Assembly: GCA_051294375.1 (NCBI GenBank)
Contig: CM119270.1
Coordinates: forward strand, 4,472,152 to 4,536,151
Length of the DNA: 64,000 bases
Direction of reading: 5' to 3'
Source: Paraspadella gotoi
Lineage: Eukaryota > Animalia > Chaetognatha
The position numbers and the translations under genes were made by a program. Each line of letters begins with the position of its first letter. The first letter of the stretch is position 1. Shown here piece by piece: positions 38,023 to 60,771 of this stretch. Under the pieces are notes generated by a model that was not told where the DNA came from, did not search any database, and saw only the letters and a list, made by a program, of their open reading frames with translations.

Positions 38023-40237
38023 CTCTCTCGCTCTCTCTCTCTCCACCGTTTGTCTTTATTCGCCAAAAACGACGTTTGGAATCGCAATTGAAACAGGAAA
38101 TTGTCCTCAAAAATACCGAACCAACCCTGAAGGCATATCCAAATTATTTTCTAAAAATAGAAAAGAAAGCTTATTTAAACTAGTTTTAAATCTGAAAAAT
38201 TTTTGTGACTAAGCTTATCCATTAGAGTATCATATTTAAATTCCTGAATTTTACCAGTCACAATCAACGTCGTACACCAATGGTCTTTCACCAATGACCA
38301 TCCGACCATCAGTCCTCTACCTTTTTTTCCAGTTTCACGACTCGATCGAAACGTCTCACGCTTTCACGCCACGCTTTTTCCTTGCCTGTGCTTGACATTG
38401 GTGAACTTTCGTGATCTTGTTTGACCTTGACGACCTTTTCCGGTCGTTTGCCAATCGGCGGCTTCTCTGGCAGAGTTCGTTCAACTCTCCCTCTCTCTCT
38501 CTCTCNNNNNNNNNNNNTTTCTTTCTTTCTTCTCACCCATTCCTTCTTTAAATTAGTTCAACTTCATCTCAAACAATTCAATAATTTTAAAATTAAATAA
38601 TTAGTTGAGCCGCGAGTACTCGCGGAGGAACTCAATGAGTCATATTTGTTGGTAGGAAAGTGTGTGATTGAGCTGGATATAAAGTTTCGATGGAATCGTG
38701 CGAGTGGAAATGAGCTTAAATGGAAAAAACAAAAGTGACATTTACTTGAAGTTTTTTTACTTATATTTACTGATAATTATTATATTTATCAAAAATTGGA
38801 CAGATAAATTGAAATGGAATTTTGTGTATGTGATTAAGCTGGATGTAAATATTTTGATGAAATCGTAGAAGTGAAAAAGAGTTTAAATTAGAAAACCAAA
38901 AGACACATTTATTTGAATTTCTCTCTCTATATCTCTCTCTGATTGATTGATTAATTTAATTGAATGTTAATGTGGCTAAATAATTTATTAATAATTTTTT
39001 TAATTGACTTATTGCAAAATCTGTTATGATTTATAATGTTTTGATATAGTTATGATTAGTTATGTTTCTCTATCTCTTTATTTATTTATGAATTTTCTTG
39101 TCACATTAATCGGACATCATTGTATCATTGATGAGAAAGCTAATTATTTAAAAAAAGAACAAGAAAGATAGAATAATTAATAAAAAATAAAAAAATAAGA
39201 AAAATAAAGAAAGGAAAAAAAAGAAAGAAAGAAAGAAAAATATAAAGAAAGAAAGGAAGCTTATAAAAATAAATGAATGAAAATAAAAGAAAGAGATTAA
39301 GAAAAATGAAAGTAAAGAAGTACTTTTCACGTAACCAAAATTTCTTGTCTTAAGTTAAAAACAAATTTATCTTCTCATTAAAAATTAAATAAATACTTTT
39401 ATTGGCGGCTCAATTTTGATGGGGTGAATAGGGATGGAGTGGATTGGATTGTTAAGGAGTGATGGGGTAGAAGGACTCTTGATGGGGTGAATAGGGATGG
39501 AGTAAATTGGGTTGTTTAGGAGGGAAAAGAGACAGAGCGAGAAGAAACGACAAAAACGGTTTTTCATAGAATAGTTTCTACTAAATAAAAAGTTAAAAAG
39601 TTAAGAATTTTGACCTTTTTTTACAATTTTGACACTGTAGACAAAAAAATTCTTATTTTATAAAGATAATATTATAAATATATTGTAATATTCTTTTCTG
39701 TTCCTTACACAATATGAACGTAATACTTTTTGTACTCAATAATCATACGATCTCGCATAAAAAATATTATTGTTAATCGACTCAAATCAAATTTTTATTC
39801 TCAAGAGCTCCACTCTACCAAACAGTGATCTACATCATTCGATCTAATATTTTCATAATTATCTATCAATTATAAAAATAGAAGAGACATTAATTATTAC
39901 ATTATGACTTAGTGATAGAACCGTTCAATATAAACACAGTAACTATTAAACTATCCCTGAGCTTCGGATCAGGCTGTAACATCATGTGACAGGCGGGTTA
40001 GGCGTCCCGGTCCACTTATCTGCTAGGCGGCCACCGGGGTAGGAAGCTAATGACTGACCTACTGCACCAATAAGCAATAACTAATAATATTGTTTGCTTA
40101 AAATTTTTATTATCTCAGCCACTCTCTCATGAGGATGAAAGAAGTTTACAAATACTTTGGATTAAAAGTTTCAGAAAGAAAAATTTCTTCTTTTAAATCA
40201 CTAATATTTTTAAATATTATTTTTTTTCTAATCTGCT

Positions 40238-40295
<58 letters not shown>

Positions 40296-40383
40296 ACCTC
40301 TCTCTCTCTCTCTCTCTCTCTCGCAACTGAGAACAGACGACCACCAACGCCATCTTGCGCCTCATTGCTGCCTCATCACTCAT

Positions 40384-40415
<32 letters not shown>

Positions 40416-40420
40416 TCTCT

Positions 40421-40454
<34 letters not shown>

Positions 40455-41189
40455 ATCTCCCTCTACCCACCATGACGGACGACAAATGTCGACCTCGTTT
40501 TCCCGACAAAAGGAAGAAAGGATAAAAGTTAGTCGTCATTATTGTTGTTGTTGTTATTATTGGTCGATTGTCCGAAAATGTGTTCGACATCCGCCTTCAA
40601 AGAAAGTCGTAAGTTCGATTCCAGGATTAGCCATTTTTGTCTCCGCAGCTCGCGCTCGTTCTTCGTGCGCGAGAGTCGTTTTTTTTTCATTTGATTGTGA
40701 TGTGTGATTGAATCCTGTAATGGACGTAATCATGGACAAACTTAAGCACAAAAGTATGATCACATCCTTTATTATGAGCTTGATTGTGTGCAGGTCATAG
40801 CAAGGAAATGACAAAGTAAAAAAAAAAACTCTCGTAAAACATTATTTCAACGTCATCGTAAGCACAGTTTAAATGATTTAATATTCATTTTAACCATATA
40901 ACTCCATAATGAAAATGATAAATCTGTACATTCTCACAATATATAGTTTAAACAAAGCCGCGGGTTTTTCAAAGTCTTTGCCGCATTGTGACGTACTTGT
41001 TATCGCCTGGCTGCTCGGCATTGCTTTCCTGACAAGGCTCCAGATGCCGCTAGGCTCCGTTGACACCGTGACAAGTGGGCGTGGCCGTCGAAATCGCCGC
41101 CAGCTGGCGCCCATAAAATTAAAGCTCGAGCTTCAGTTTAAAAAAAATCGACCGACGTCATTTGAATGTGAAGAGGAAATGATTGGAGA

Positions 41190-41222
<33 letters not shown>

Positions 41223-42685
41223 CATGATGATGAAAACGACGACGACGACGACGACAGAGTCGACGACCATGATGATAAAAACAACGACCCACGACGACAA
41301 TGATAAAAATAAGGAAGATGATGAAAACCGCAGCGAAAAGAATTAATGAGTTGAGTTACAGCATTTTTGGGTTTATAATTTTGACTTCTATTTCTATTGT
41401 AATATTTTCCTTTCTTTTCGTTATGTTTAGGAATTTTTAGGAATAACAGTTTTTGTGTTTCAATATGTATATATTATTTTATTTTAGTTTTAGTTAAATT
41501 CAAATTTTTACAAGCTGTCAACGTTCAATAAGGTTTGTTTCGAAAAGATGTACTTTTTTTTTTTATTTCAAAAATAATAAAAACAGAGGTTACACAATGA
41601 CATAAAGTGACATAAAAGACAATGACCTTATGACTAAAATGATCCAAAATGATATTACGACATACAATGACATGTACAATGATACAATGATACAATGATG
41701 TACGTTAGTAAAATCATAAGATTTCCCATAAAATATCCTCATCATTTGTTCTCAATATTTTCGCTTCGGGAATTTAAAGCTTAGCTCCGCCCTCTTGAGC
41801 GCAGAAAGAAAACAAGTTCCTTAAAAAAAATAACAAAAGATCTCTCTTTTTCTTTTCTCTCTCGACTGTGTCCCGTTGATCTCTTTACTCCGCCTTTTCC
41901 TATGACTTCCGAAGTTCCCGTCTTTGCTTTTCCTCTTTATTTCACGACACACATCTCACTTTTCATATCTTACACCTCACATCTCACATCTCACATCTCA
42001 CATCTTACAGCCAACCGCCGGCCGTCGGCCTGGCTTCTCTGATCCTCAACTTTCCGTAAACTCACTCGTGCCACTCACCGATTTTTTTTTTCATTTTTAA
42101 TTTTGTTATTTTGTTTAATTTTTGTTTTTGTGTTTTTTTTGTTTTTTTTATGCGTCAAACGGCGAATTAACTATACAAAAGATAAAAAAAGTTATGATCA
42201 AGGATACGGAAGTTTTATGTATAGATTCTTAAACTTAAAAAACCTAATTTATTTTTTTTTTTTAATTTTTTTGGTTTTTTTTTACATATTATTTGTATCC
42301 CTTAATAAAAAAAAAACTAAAATAAAAATTAATATTTTCAGGTTTTCTGTAATAGAATTTAAGAAGCTGTTGAAAACATCATCGATCACATTAATCAACC
42401 GCGATAAAAAAATCTTACAGAAATGCATCAACGCATGACAATCGTGGGCTTCTTCCGATATCGCTCCCTCTCCTTAATACTTAGTATTCGAAATCAGAAA
42501 GAGAGATAGAATATCCGGCTCGGTACAGAGTTCATTTAAGTTCGATAATATATTTCCTCTTCGAATGATTTTCGCGGCGCAAATCTTGTCACACCCCCCC
42601 CTCGCCACCGTGGCGCCCACTCGTGAATCGAAAGAAGGAGAAAGGAACGGATTCGATGACAACAACAACAACAACAACAACAACA
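35279..42685 (+). repeat. Left arm of a ~7.3-kb inverted duplication
   Basis: Collinear reverse complement of 42877-50099 along its whole length. It ends in (AAC)n at a 25-N gap. Confidence 0.95.
37060..37410. repeat. Degenerate CpG-rich 12-bp minisatellite (tcgcgcgccatc)
   Basis: 12-nt periodicity giving AISR/EMAR-type repeat ORFs. Mirrored at ~48045-48385. Confidence 0.8.
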
Positions 42686-42720
42686 NNNNNNNNNNNNNNN
42701 NNNNNNNNNNGTGTGTGTGT

Positions 42721-42755
<35 letters not shown>

Positions 42756-42757
42756 CG

Positions 42758-42818
<61 letters not shown>

Positions 42819-42876
42819 TGATTAGGACCCGGATTTATCGACCCCGCGAACCTTCATATCCGGTTCTTATTTTTAA

Positions 42877-50099
<7,223 letters not shown>

Positions 50100-50839
50100 C
50101 ACACATAGTAAACAACTTCGGAAGGCCTCAGACCCTTGAACTTTCGATATCCGAATATTTCATTCCCTCATGTAATAATGAATTCATATTTATATTTTCA
50201 CTCGTGTTTCACTTCGATTCTTTTCCATTTTCTACATTCCTCCATTACTCCTACACTTACTTCTACTACGCTACCTCTATTTAACTTACCAACTTACCCA
50301 CGTACCACCTTAAAACTTACCTTACATAGTATTTCTCAATTCTCCTCAAACTCTTTCTGCCTTTTTCCTTTTTCCTCATCCTTTTTTTCTTCTTTACCAA
50401 TTTCTTTCTTTTCTCGATTCCTCTTACTCTTTCTTTTCCCTCTTTTCCCCCTTTTCCACCCTTCATCTTCTTTCCCCCTCTCCCCCCCTTCTCTACCCCA
50501 TTCCCCCCCCCATATCTCCCACATCCAAGGTCAAAGGTCGCGAACTCTTCTCACGTCGTTTCAGTCGCGATATTTTGGAGAACGTGGAGGGAAAAATCTT
50601 TTACGAGATCTTGAGCATTACGTTATATATATCATCAATACTCTTAATCAACAACAATATTTGTTTGTAACATAAAATCTTTTTTTTAGTCTCTTCGCCA
50701 CTGTTACCCGTTATTTAAACCTATCTAAAATGATTATATAAACAAACTTTTTTCTTGGATGAAAATAAAATTTCATTTTTTTATTTTTAATTTCGGACTT
50801 CGTTCTTGTTTTTATTTAAACTTCATTCTTTGTTCTTTC

Positions 50840-50965
<126 letters not shown>

Positions 50966-51004
50966 TCACTCCCTTCCTCCCTACCAACCCCGTCTCTTAT
51001 TTAG

Positions 51005-51077
51005 CGTCCCGACAGAATATTACCAGTTCTTAAGGGGACCGACTACCTCCGTACCCATCGTCGAAAATTCCCCAAAG
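51005..51077 (+). CDS. Candidate small exon (VPTEYYQFLRGPTTSVPIVENSPK)
   Basis: Pyrimidine tract plus TAG acceptor and a strong AAG/GTAAGC donor. One open frame exits in phase 0. Confidence 0.3.
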
Positions 51078-52469
51078 GTAAGCGACGTTTCTCTCCATCG
51101 CGAAATCGCAGATAATTAATGTCGGACGACCAAAGAAATTGCGTCGCTTGGCAAGACGGGCTTCCCTTAATTCCTCTTAAATGATTCTCACACTGGAAAC
51201 GAGTATTTAACAGACAGCAAGTGATCCTCCAGTTATTTAATATTTAGTATAACCAGCGATCGAACGATCAAAGTTGATGGCATCGTAATACAGGGTGCTG
51301 ACTAATATGAAATTGTTAAATTGATATAAAATTATTTATTCATTTGAGTTTTCAGATATAACAAGAATTTATTTCTTATAGATAATAGTGACTATTAGTT
51401 ATTATAACGATTATAGTATTAACAGACACTGTTTTAAAAGAAAGAAAAACAACAAAAACGATAACGACTACGACGACGATAAGTTACGCAAATGGCAAAG
51501 GGACGTCGCCACTATAAATCCCCGAGTGGCTGAAGCCGCATAAAGATTTGTGTAATACAAGACGAGGATTCACCGATGAGAGAGAGAGAGAGAGAGAGAA
51601 ATAGAGAGAGTAAAACCAAAAGAAAAAGAAGCGATAATAACAATGATAATAAGAGCGGATGCCCTGGCTTCTGGGGGCCGGCGTATCGGCGGATCGTCGA
51701 GGGATCGTCCCAACTCCCTGACAGAGAGAGTGAGAGAGAGAAAGAGAGAGAGAGAGAGAAGAAAGATATTCTCTTTCCTGTTTTTCTTTTGTTTATAGGA
51801 TTTTCTTGGCACAGGCGCAAAGCCAATCGGAATAATAACAACCTTCAGATATATATTATTATTTATCAATTCAATTACTTATTAATTTGATTATAAAATT
51901 ATATCCACTTTACAAAATTTTAAATAGCTTGCTGTACTATGAAATATATAGCCTAAACTTTTAGGCGATTAAAAAATAATTTGAAATTATTGATTAAATT
52001 GATCTAAATTTTTTAAAAAAGGATTTTAAATATTTTTTTTCCTCCGATTTTTTCGCCATGAGTGATTCGCTGAATAATTTTTTTTTTTTTTTTCAAGCAG
52101 GCGCAAGACCGAGACTTCATTTAAAAGTAAAACCATAATCTGATCGAAACGGGTGCCTTGAGGATTCACGCTATGGCGTGATCTTCATACAAATCCAGTC
52201 TCACTTTCAAATAATTGGGTAGCTTAAGGGGATGAATGAAATGAGATAAACAAAACAAATGAGCAAGCCTCAAAATTTTCAAATCCTTAATATCATTAAA
52301 TGGCGCAAATTAAAAAAAAAATTAAATCAATCAGAAAGTTCGATATTTTTTTTGAGAATTTCATTTCACAATTAAACTAAAATTGGTCCCTGTCAAATAT
52401 TTTCGCTCCCGACGAGAGAATGAGAAGGAAAACAATAACAAGAACTCAATTAGACCGAAGAAAGATTGA

Positions 52470-52523
<54 letters not shown>

Positions 52524-53420
52524 TTATTGAAAAAAAAACAACTTGTATTATCTGTATGATTATCAAACGGGATCTCACTTGTTGGTACCTTATTTAAGAC
52601 GGACCTTTTTATTCGATAGATACTAGCGTCAAATATACAATAAGCAGCGATGAAAATAAAGAAAAGAATAAAAGAAAGAACGCAAAGCTTTTCAAAGCCT
52701 CAAGCACAAAAGAGTCCGGAGCGGACAAAGGCGATGGCTGCGATGGCGGCGGCGCGGCGGCACGGCGGCTGGCGGCGGTGCCGGCAGCGGCAATAAACAA
52801 AATTTAAGAATCCAGGAATCATTACTAGCAGCAGCCGCCGCTGGATACAGAAAAAAAATAATAGAAAAATTATTTATTTCAGTATAAAATAAAATGACTA
52901 GAATAAATGTGACGATTGAAAAATATTATAATTATAATATAAAAGCTTTTTGTCGCATTTTACTTTTAATTGTATGAGTTATTTTTGTTTTTCAGTTTTC
53001 CTTCAGTACTTTTTTTTTAAATCTGTCAAGAAAGGTTTATCGAGAGGATAATCGAAATTTTGTTATTCTCTCGCGTCGTACCACAACCGAAATATTCCAA
53101 TCTCTTACAATCACAGTATCTGTGGTCAGTGGTATAAGTTGACCCACAGCTGACAACAAAATTCCTTGATTTTGATTTTTTCCACTTAATTTTTACTGTT
53201 TTTTTTTGTTTGGATAACGTTAAAAAACATCAAAAATATTCTAACAATTAGATATACTTTTAAGTTAAGCCGGTTCACAAGTTTTAAAGCGGCCACTGGC
53301 TTCTTTAGCGTGATCTATCGACTTTACCTTCATATCACCTTTTTAAATTACGAAAATGTGTTCTCAATATTTCAGAAAGTTTTAAGTATTGTCTCTCGCT
53401 CTCTCCCACCTTGCTCGTCC

Positions 53421-53557
<137 letters not shown>

Positions 53558-54163
53558 CCTCTCCCTCTCCCTCTATATCTCTCTTCGGTACCAGTGTGGC
53601 CGATCGCTTCACCGACCGTTTGACGTCAATTCGTTTTGACGAGCGAGGGTCGACGGGCGACGCCACCTGTTGCGTCAACATTTGACGAAAATGACGTAAC
53701 GATGCGAGAAAAGAGAACGGTTAAAAGGCCATCGATAAGGAAAAGGATCGGGGCTTCAATTCTTGGGTTTGGTTGTGAACGTTGTGAACCGTCGTGACTT
53801 TCACAGAATCGGGACATAAAGCTGGGAGTGGAGGACGAAGTGAACGATAAAATCTCTCCGCATTATTAATGAAAATATTACAAATGATGTAAAAAAAAAA
53901 GACTTTGGATAGGCTACATTGTGAAAAATAGTAATTCAAATCGTCACTAATTCCAGATTGATAATCGTGAAGATTTCAATATAAAGTCATGTTTTGAAAC
54001 AATCACGATTAGCAATAACCAATCACCTTTAATCATTCATAAAAATTGATAATAGAGTCGCCGACACCACGTGACGACGACGACGATGGCGACGACGACG
54101 ATAACGACGAAAACGAAGGCGACGATCCGACGCTGACGAGTGTCAAATTTAAAAGTTAAATTG

Positions 54164-54219
<56 letters not shown>

Positions 54220-54284
54220 TTTTTGATTATTCACATGTTATTCTAGTAATTTTCCTCTTTTTAAAAGTATTATTATTTAGCAAA

Positions 54285-54332
54285 ATGGTCATTTCGGTTG
54301 ACGCAAACGATCCGGTTCATCCATTAATAAAA
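54285..54332 (+). CDS. Candidate alternative first coding exon (MVISVDANDPVHPLIK)
   Basis: caaaATG start, 16 codons, phase-0 GTAAGT donor compatible with the acceptor at 60771. Confidence 0.35.
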
Positions 54333-54526
54333 GTAAGTATTGATTAATCAAACGAGCACTTTTACTATTTCACTAAACTAAAGAATCAGAGCCAAGGAGC
54401 AAAACAAATCAACGCAACTCGAGATTTCTCAAAAAGATAAGGTTATTAATTGAGATTGCGTAGTTAACTAATTCATTGATCAAGCTCTTCACAAAATGCT
54501 GAGAGAGAGAGAGAGAGAGGCTGAGA

Positions 54527-54598
<72 letters not shown>

Positions 54599-54944
54599 GA
54601 GAGACAGAGATTCAGACTAGATAAGAACAAAACAAAATTCTTTAAGACTTTTTCGGTCATTAGGATTTTCTTGTCATTTTTAATGGAGCAGCACGTTTTC
54701 AATCTCAACTGCATTTTTGAGTGTTTAAAATGAGCAACTGCTAAGCCCCAGTGCACCAGGAAGTGTAAAAATGAGATTGTAAGATCATTTACGTTTCCAA
54801 ATTCCCTCAGATTTCCTTTCTGTTGAATTCGACTGATTTTTTCGATGAGATACATATTATTTTTAAAATTCGTTTTCAAGATGGTTTGGGAAATTTTTGC
54901 AGAAGCAATTAACTCGACTTTTCTTCTCTTTCCAGTTAAGATTA

Positions 54945-55019
<75 letters not shown>

Positions 55020-55024
55020 CGACA

Positions 55025-55055
<31 letters not shown>

Positions 55056-57231
55056 CAGCAGCAATAAACGCTTTTCCGATCAGAGAGGAATTGATTTTAA
55101 ATCGGCAGCTGACGTCGGCTGTATGTATGCACGATGTCGGCTCTATCCGAAGTCATTTAGAGATGACATCGACAAACAAGACGACGAATAAGACGACGAC
55201 GACAACAGATTTATCTCCGGAACAACGATTTCGAAATGCAGAAGGATAATTTTCAGATGGTTTTCAAGTTGGCTCATTGTCGTTTTCAAGATGTTGAAAG
55301 ATTCATAAAGGAGAGGCGGATTATTTAAAACGTCAAGGAGATTAGTCGGCTAAATTATATTTAGAAACTCCGTGGATAACAATTGCTGAGAAATTGGAAC
55401 CGAGATTTCAATGTGAAACGTTTAAACGTGAAATTTAAAAACGTGACAGTGAGAAATATTGTAAGGAGGAGCGGAGGGGGAGAAATTGTGAAGTGGTACG
55501 ATGGAAAAAAAAACTGGTGAAGTGAAAGAGTGGGAAAAGATTGGTGAAGTGGGACAGTGGGACATGTGAAATCAGTGATAATAGATTTCGACCTTGAGAG
55601 GAGGAATGAATGAGTGCATCACTTGGGTAAATTGAAGGACGAGTTATCAAAGTCTCCTCGCCTGAAATGCGGGAAAGATTTTGGATTAACCAATGCTTAG
55701 ATTATTATTAATTATTTAATATTATTATTATTAATATTAATAATGATAATAATAATAATATATTATTATTATTATTTTTATTATTAGTATGACATCCTAA
55801 CATATATCTTATCACAACATTGTTGTGCGGTACGCAACCGTCTGACAAATTCGCGTGAGTCTTAAGTTGTTCATATTTATTCACAAAACGTTTTAAGGAC
55901 TATACTAATAAAAATAGAAAAGAAAAGTTTCTGCTACAAACTCACTGAAAACAAAAGACGATCAGTACAATGAGTACAACGAACGCGACGAGTTCATTGC
56001 CATCGAGATAACAAAAGAAGTAATACTAATTACTTTGGAAATACAAATTCCATTATAGAATCTGCACTCGGCATGAATAAGTAATTGCCTAAAATCTCAT
56101 TGGCATTACACGTACTGATGCCATTCGGAAACCCGTTCTTCTAAAATAGCTTCAAAGGGTCTCTCTTAGAGATAGTTGGTAATTTAATTTTGGAAAAAGG
56201 ATTAAAGATTTACGAATAGAATGTTAAAACAAATTGACTAAAAAAAAAAGAACAAAACTGACCGATAATTAAAAATTTGATCGAAAAGAAAAAAAACATT
56301 TTTTCGACAACTGTCTCAGTTATATTTTCTAGCTTAAACTAATATCACCCAACGGGTGTCAATTAATAAGAAAAGTTCACCCGTGAAAAGCTAATTAAAA
56401 AAGCTTAAAATTAAGCTCGATAATTTCTCGCTATCTTTCATAAACGACAGAATTAGTTTGGTTATGATTAAGGAACGCGGAGAAGATTTATTAGAGAAGG
56501 AAGAAGGAATTCATGTAATAAATAAGAGATAGATGAGGATGAGAAAGAGGAAGAGGAGGAGGAGGAGGAATAACAAGAGGAAGAGTTTTGAAGATCGGGT
56601 ATAATCGACCTGTGAAGCTGGTTTACGCGCTGGGGGGGGGGGAGGGACGGCACTGGGGTGAGCCGGTGCTTAATACCGAATCTCAAATCTGGACGGCCGT
56701 CGTCGTTCGTCGTCGTCTTCGTCGTCGTCGTCGTCTCAATGTGGATCCGAAGATCGAATATGCGCTAAAGACGCGAAAGTCTCTTCATTTAAGGTTTTTC
56801 CGTTTTGACGGCGAAACGAGCCTTCGATCAAGAAACAAAAACAAAAGCGGAGACGAACAAAAAAGAAACAAAAAAGAGATCAACAAATAAAAACAAAACA
56901 AAAAACAAACTGAAATTTACACAAACAATCTTTCTTTAAAAAAACTTGAAAAAAGACAAACAAAAAAAAAACTAATTTGATAGATTTTGCATTATAATTT
57001 TAATTAACCGACTTGATTTTCACGTGTTTTTTTTTCAACATAATTTTGAACATAATTCTTCATTTTTCCAAAGCCGAAGTGAATTTTTCTGCGATTAATC
57101 TCAAATTCGCCGATATCTTAAACAAATAAACAACAAATATTCAATATTCAAATGGAAATATCAATTTAATAGCAAAAACTTTCGAATTCTCGAATCGTGA
57201 TTGGTTCAAAAGAGGCGAGGGAATTTCACCA

Positions 57232-57291
57232 ATGTCGGACGTCCAAACGACGATGGCGCGCGGACTTCCGCCGCTCAGCGCCATTTTGCAG
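57232..57291 (+). CDS. Candidate first coding exon (MSDVQTTMARGLPPLSAILQ)
   Basis: GC-rich island in AT-rich DNA, ATG start, CAG/GTAGAC phase-0 donor compatible with the 60772 exon. Confidence 0.5.
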
Positions 57292-58090
57292 GTAGACGGC
57301 GCTTGGCGACATTATTGATTCATTGCTGCTATGAAAATTTAAAAATTACTTGTGCCACTATTTCATATTCTGGATTGTAAAATAATTAATATATATGATT
57401 TGATTCATTTTATCTATATTTCATTTTCATCATCTTTCTTTATTTTAAACTGAAAATATTTAAATATTATGTTTTTTTAAGTAGTTTTCTAAATAGATAT
57501 CAAACATCATTCCTGTAAGAAAGTCATTAATAGAACCTCAAAATATTTAAAAGGCTGAATATTCATATCCTTCTTTAATATCATTTTTGTTAAATTAATT
57601 CATTTAATACCTAGATTCACCGCGACATCAGTTAGATATTAATCTGATATTAATGAGATATTAATGAGATATTAAGAGATATTAAAATTCAAAAATAGTA
57701 AAGAGAGGAAAGTTAAAAAGCTGCCCAGAGCAATGGCTGATGAATTTCATTCTGAAAGTAAAACTCATTTTATCGCGAGTTAAAATTAGTTTTAAAAGAA
57801 ATATTCTTTACAAAATTACAATTTAATTAGACAATAATTTATTCATCGAATAAAATAAACGTTTATCGGTCACGGGAGTAGGTTTTTTTATCTCGAAGCC
57901 GCCAGGCGTCCTCGTCACGGATTACCTTTCAATCCTTTTGTGCTTTTGTTTTTTGTTGTTTTTTTTTCGAGTTCGTTGTTGTTGTTGTTTTATTTTTCTC
58001 GAGACACTAAATTCCCCGGATTCTCACGTCAACCGGGCGGCATTAACGAATCTGAGAGGTTCGAGACTCGCTCTCTCGATATGTGAAGTG

Positions 58091-58215
<125 letters not shown>

Positions 58216-58435
58216 GAGTGCGTGCCATGACGACGAAACTGATCCCGTTCTTATAATGCTTGGTCTTTTCTTGATAAATTGATTACATTATTGCTCTGGA
58301 TTTCTTGCCATTCCAGCGGCCGATCTGATCGATCGAGCGAGCGATTTCGCCCGCTTACCAAGCTGATTGGTTTCACCGATTGGCAGACTCGTTAGGGAAT
58401 GAAGGACGTTGAACTAATTGCTCGATCGAGGAGAT

Positions 58436-58692
58436 CGCAACCGAGAAAGGATCACAATCAAAGGGAATCACAATCGAAAGTGATCAAAATGGAAGTGGAT
58501 CACCACTGAAAATTGATCACTCATCGAAAGGGAATCGCAATCAAAATAGAATCACTATCAAAGCGGACTCAAAAAACAAAAACTGATCACAACCGAAAAA
58601 AAATCACAACCGCAAGAGTTCACAACCACAATTGATCACAACTCAAGGGGATCACAATCGAAAGTGATCAAAATAAAAAGGATCACTACCAA
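58436..58692. repeat. Degenerate ~16-17 bp minisatellite (gatcacaatcgaaagt)
   Basis: gatcac/aatcac recurs at regular spacing. Confidence 0.75.
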
Positions 58693-58860
58693 AATCTCTA
58701 ATAAAGGAGATCACTAAAAAAGTCACATTTCGCGAGTTTTAATCCAATTTCCTCATTTCGTGAGGAGGAGGGGGAGGGGGGGAGCGGTGGAGGAGGGGAG
58801 AAGCGCGGAGCCAGCATCATTGAGAAACCGAACTCGTAATTGTTCGTTATTTCGTGAATC

Positions 58861-58970
<110 letters not shown>

Positions 58971-59709
58971 CATATGTGTGCCCTACGTCCACAGTGACTC
59001 ATTAACCCTTCGTCTCGATGACTGAGAATGAGACATTTCTCATTTCAGTCACATTTTTCGATTCAGCGACGAAAAAAAAAAAAAAAATCACGACTTAATT
59101 TCTTTCTGTTTTTGATTTCGTAAAATCGTCGGATGACGAAGAGAGACGAAGTTCTTGTCGGCACTATTTTCTTAAATCACCACATTTCTGTTTCTGATCG
59201 CTGAAATAACTCTAACTCTAATTTTAATTGCTAAATCATTTCTAATACCGAATTATAACCTTATCTCCTAACCCTAAAACATAACCAAATCTTTAACCAA
59301 ATTCTTAACCCAAGCCTTAACTAATCCTTAACCTAACCTTTTTTAAAGTTTAACCTAATTTTTAAACTTGCAACAAAGTTATTTAAATCTTCATTTAAGC
59401 CGAAATGGGGCACTTTTGGGAAACAAGGCCGAATTTGTCGACTCAGTTCGAAACCGTTTAAAGTGAAAACTCGTAAAATCTCGATTTTCCGGTTTTTTAA
59501 CAAAACTGTCATCGCGCGTGGTTTTGAATCAAGGGGCCGGTTTTTGAGTCATGACCCGATTCAGCGCTTTTCGCTCTTTTGGCCCAAAGACGTCAAATTC
59601 CTTTTTAAAAGAAAAATACGTATTTTCCTTCGATCGGGAATCCCGTTTTTTTCCGAATCGAAAGTCCGGTTTTTTTTTTCTGCGTAACGAGATTTCCTCG
59701 GTTACGAAA

Positions 59710-60050
59710 TTTTGCCATCGTCTTATCTCTCCATTTTGCCATTTTACTATCGTCTTCTCTCTCAATTTTGCCATTTTGCCATCGTATTATCTCTCCATTT
59801 TGCCATTTTGTTATTTTGCTATCGTCTTCTCTCTCCATCATGCAATTTTGTCATCGTATTATCTCTCCATTTTACCATTTTACCATCGTCTTATCTCTCC
59901 ATCGACTTGTCTCTCCATTTTGGCATTTTGGCATTTTGGCATTTTACCATTGTCTTATCTCCCCATTTTTTCATCATCTTATCTCTCTATCTTACCATTT
60001 TGCCATCGTCTTATCTCACCATTTCCCCATTTTGCATCGTCTTCTCTCTC
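59710..60050. repeat. Minisatellite built of ccatcgtcttatctctccatttt and gccatttt units
   Basis: About ten degenerate copies, producing the repetitive ORFs at 59551-60280. Confidence 0.8.
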
Positions 60051-60517
60051 AATTTTTTATCAAATCTTTTACTTTTTTACTTTTTTCCTACAAATATATT
60101 TTTTTTCTTCTTAATTCTCATTTTCCTCAAAAATTCCATTTCGCTCCCAATTTTAATTTTTTTTTTTCCGCTCAAAATAATTCCACTCGAAACTCAACTC
60201 TTCTTTTCGGTTCCAACTTCGGAATTTTGAGTTTTAAATCGCGCGCGAAAAAAAGTGGGGAGCGACGGAGAATGCCCTAAAATCCCATGACTGGTTTAAC
60301 CCGAAGATGCCTAACTAGAAAAACAAATAAGAAAGAACAATAAAAACCGAATGAGGTTTTCTTTTTAGCCGCAATGAATAAAAAAAAAAATAAAAACACC
60401 AAAAATATGGCAAAGGCCTCTCAAGAAATACTTTTTCCTGGAGTGCAAAGCCGATCTTGCGAAAGGATGGAAGATATTGAAAGGAAAAAAAATTAATTTG
60501 GGAATTTCATGGGAATT

Positions 60518-60564
<47 letters not shown>

Positions 60565-60771
60565 ACTAGAGTTTTTGTGAGAGAGAGAAAGGGAACGCAC
60601 GTAAAAGACAAATCATATATGTTTTCGAGGTTTTCCCAGATTAAAACCCAATTTAATTTTAATTCATAACATTTTGTCATAAATATAATTCGAATTTTTA
60701 AATTTCGCTGCCTCTTTTCCATGTTTGACGAGAGACATGCTATGACATGCTTTCCATGCTTTTCTTTTCAG

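Noticed and set aside
37742-38212. ER/LS-repeat ORFs here and throughout the window
   Set aside because: Translations of (GA)n, (GAC)n and (AAC)n microsatellites.
40555-40635. tRNA gene (GTTCGATTCC B-box)
   Set aside because: No convincing cloverleaf; at most a decayed SINE head.
50528-50540. DR1 nuclear-receptor element AGGTCAaAGGTCG
   Set aside because: A single short motif beside low-quality sequence; cannot be distinguished from chance.
57738-57760. Hammerhead core CTGATGA...GAAA
   Set aside because: No stem II and no flanking stems I and III.
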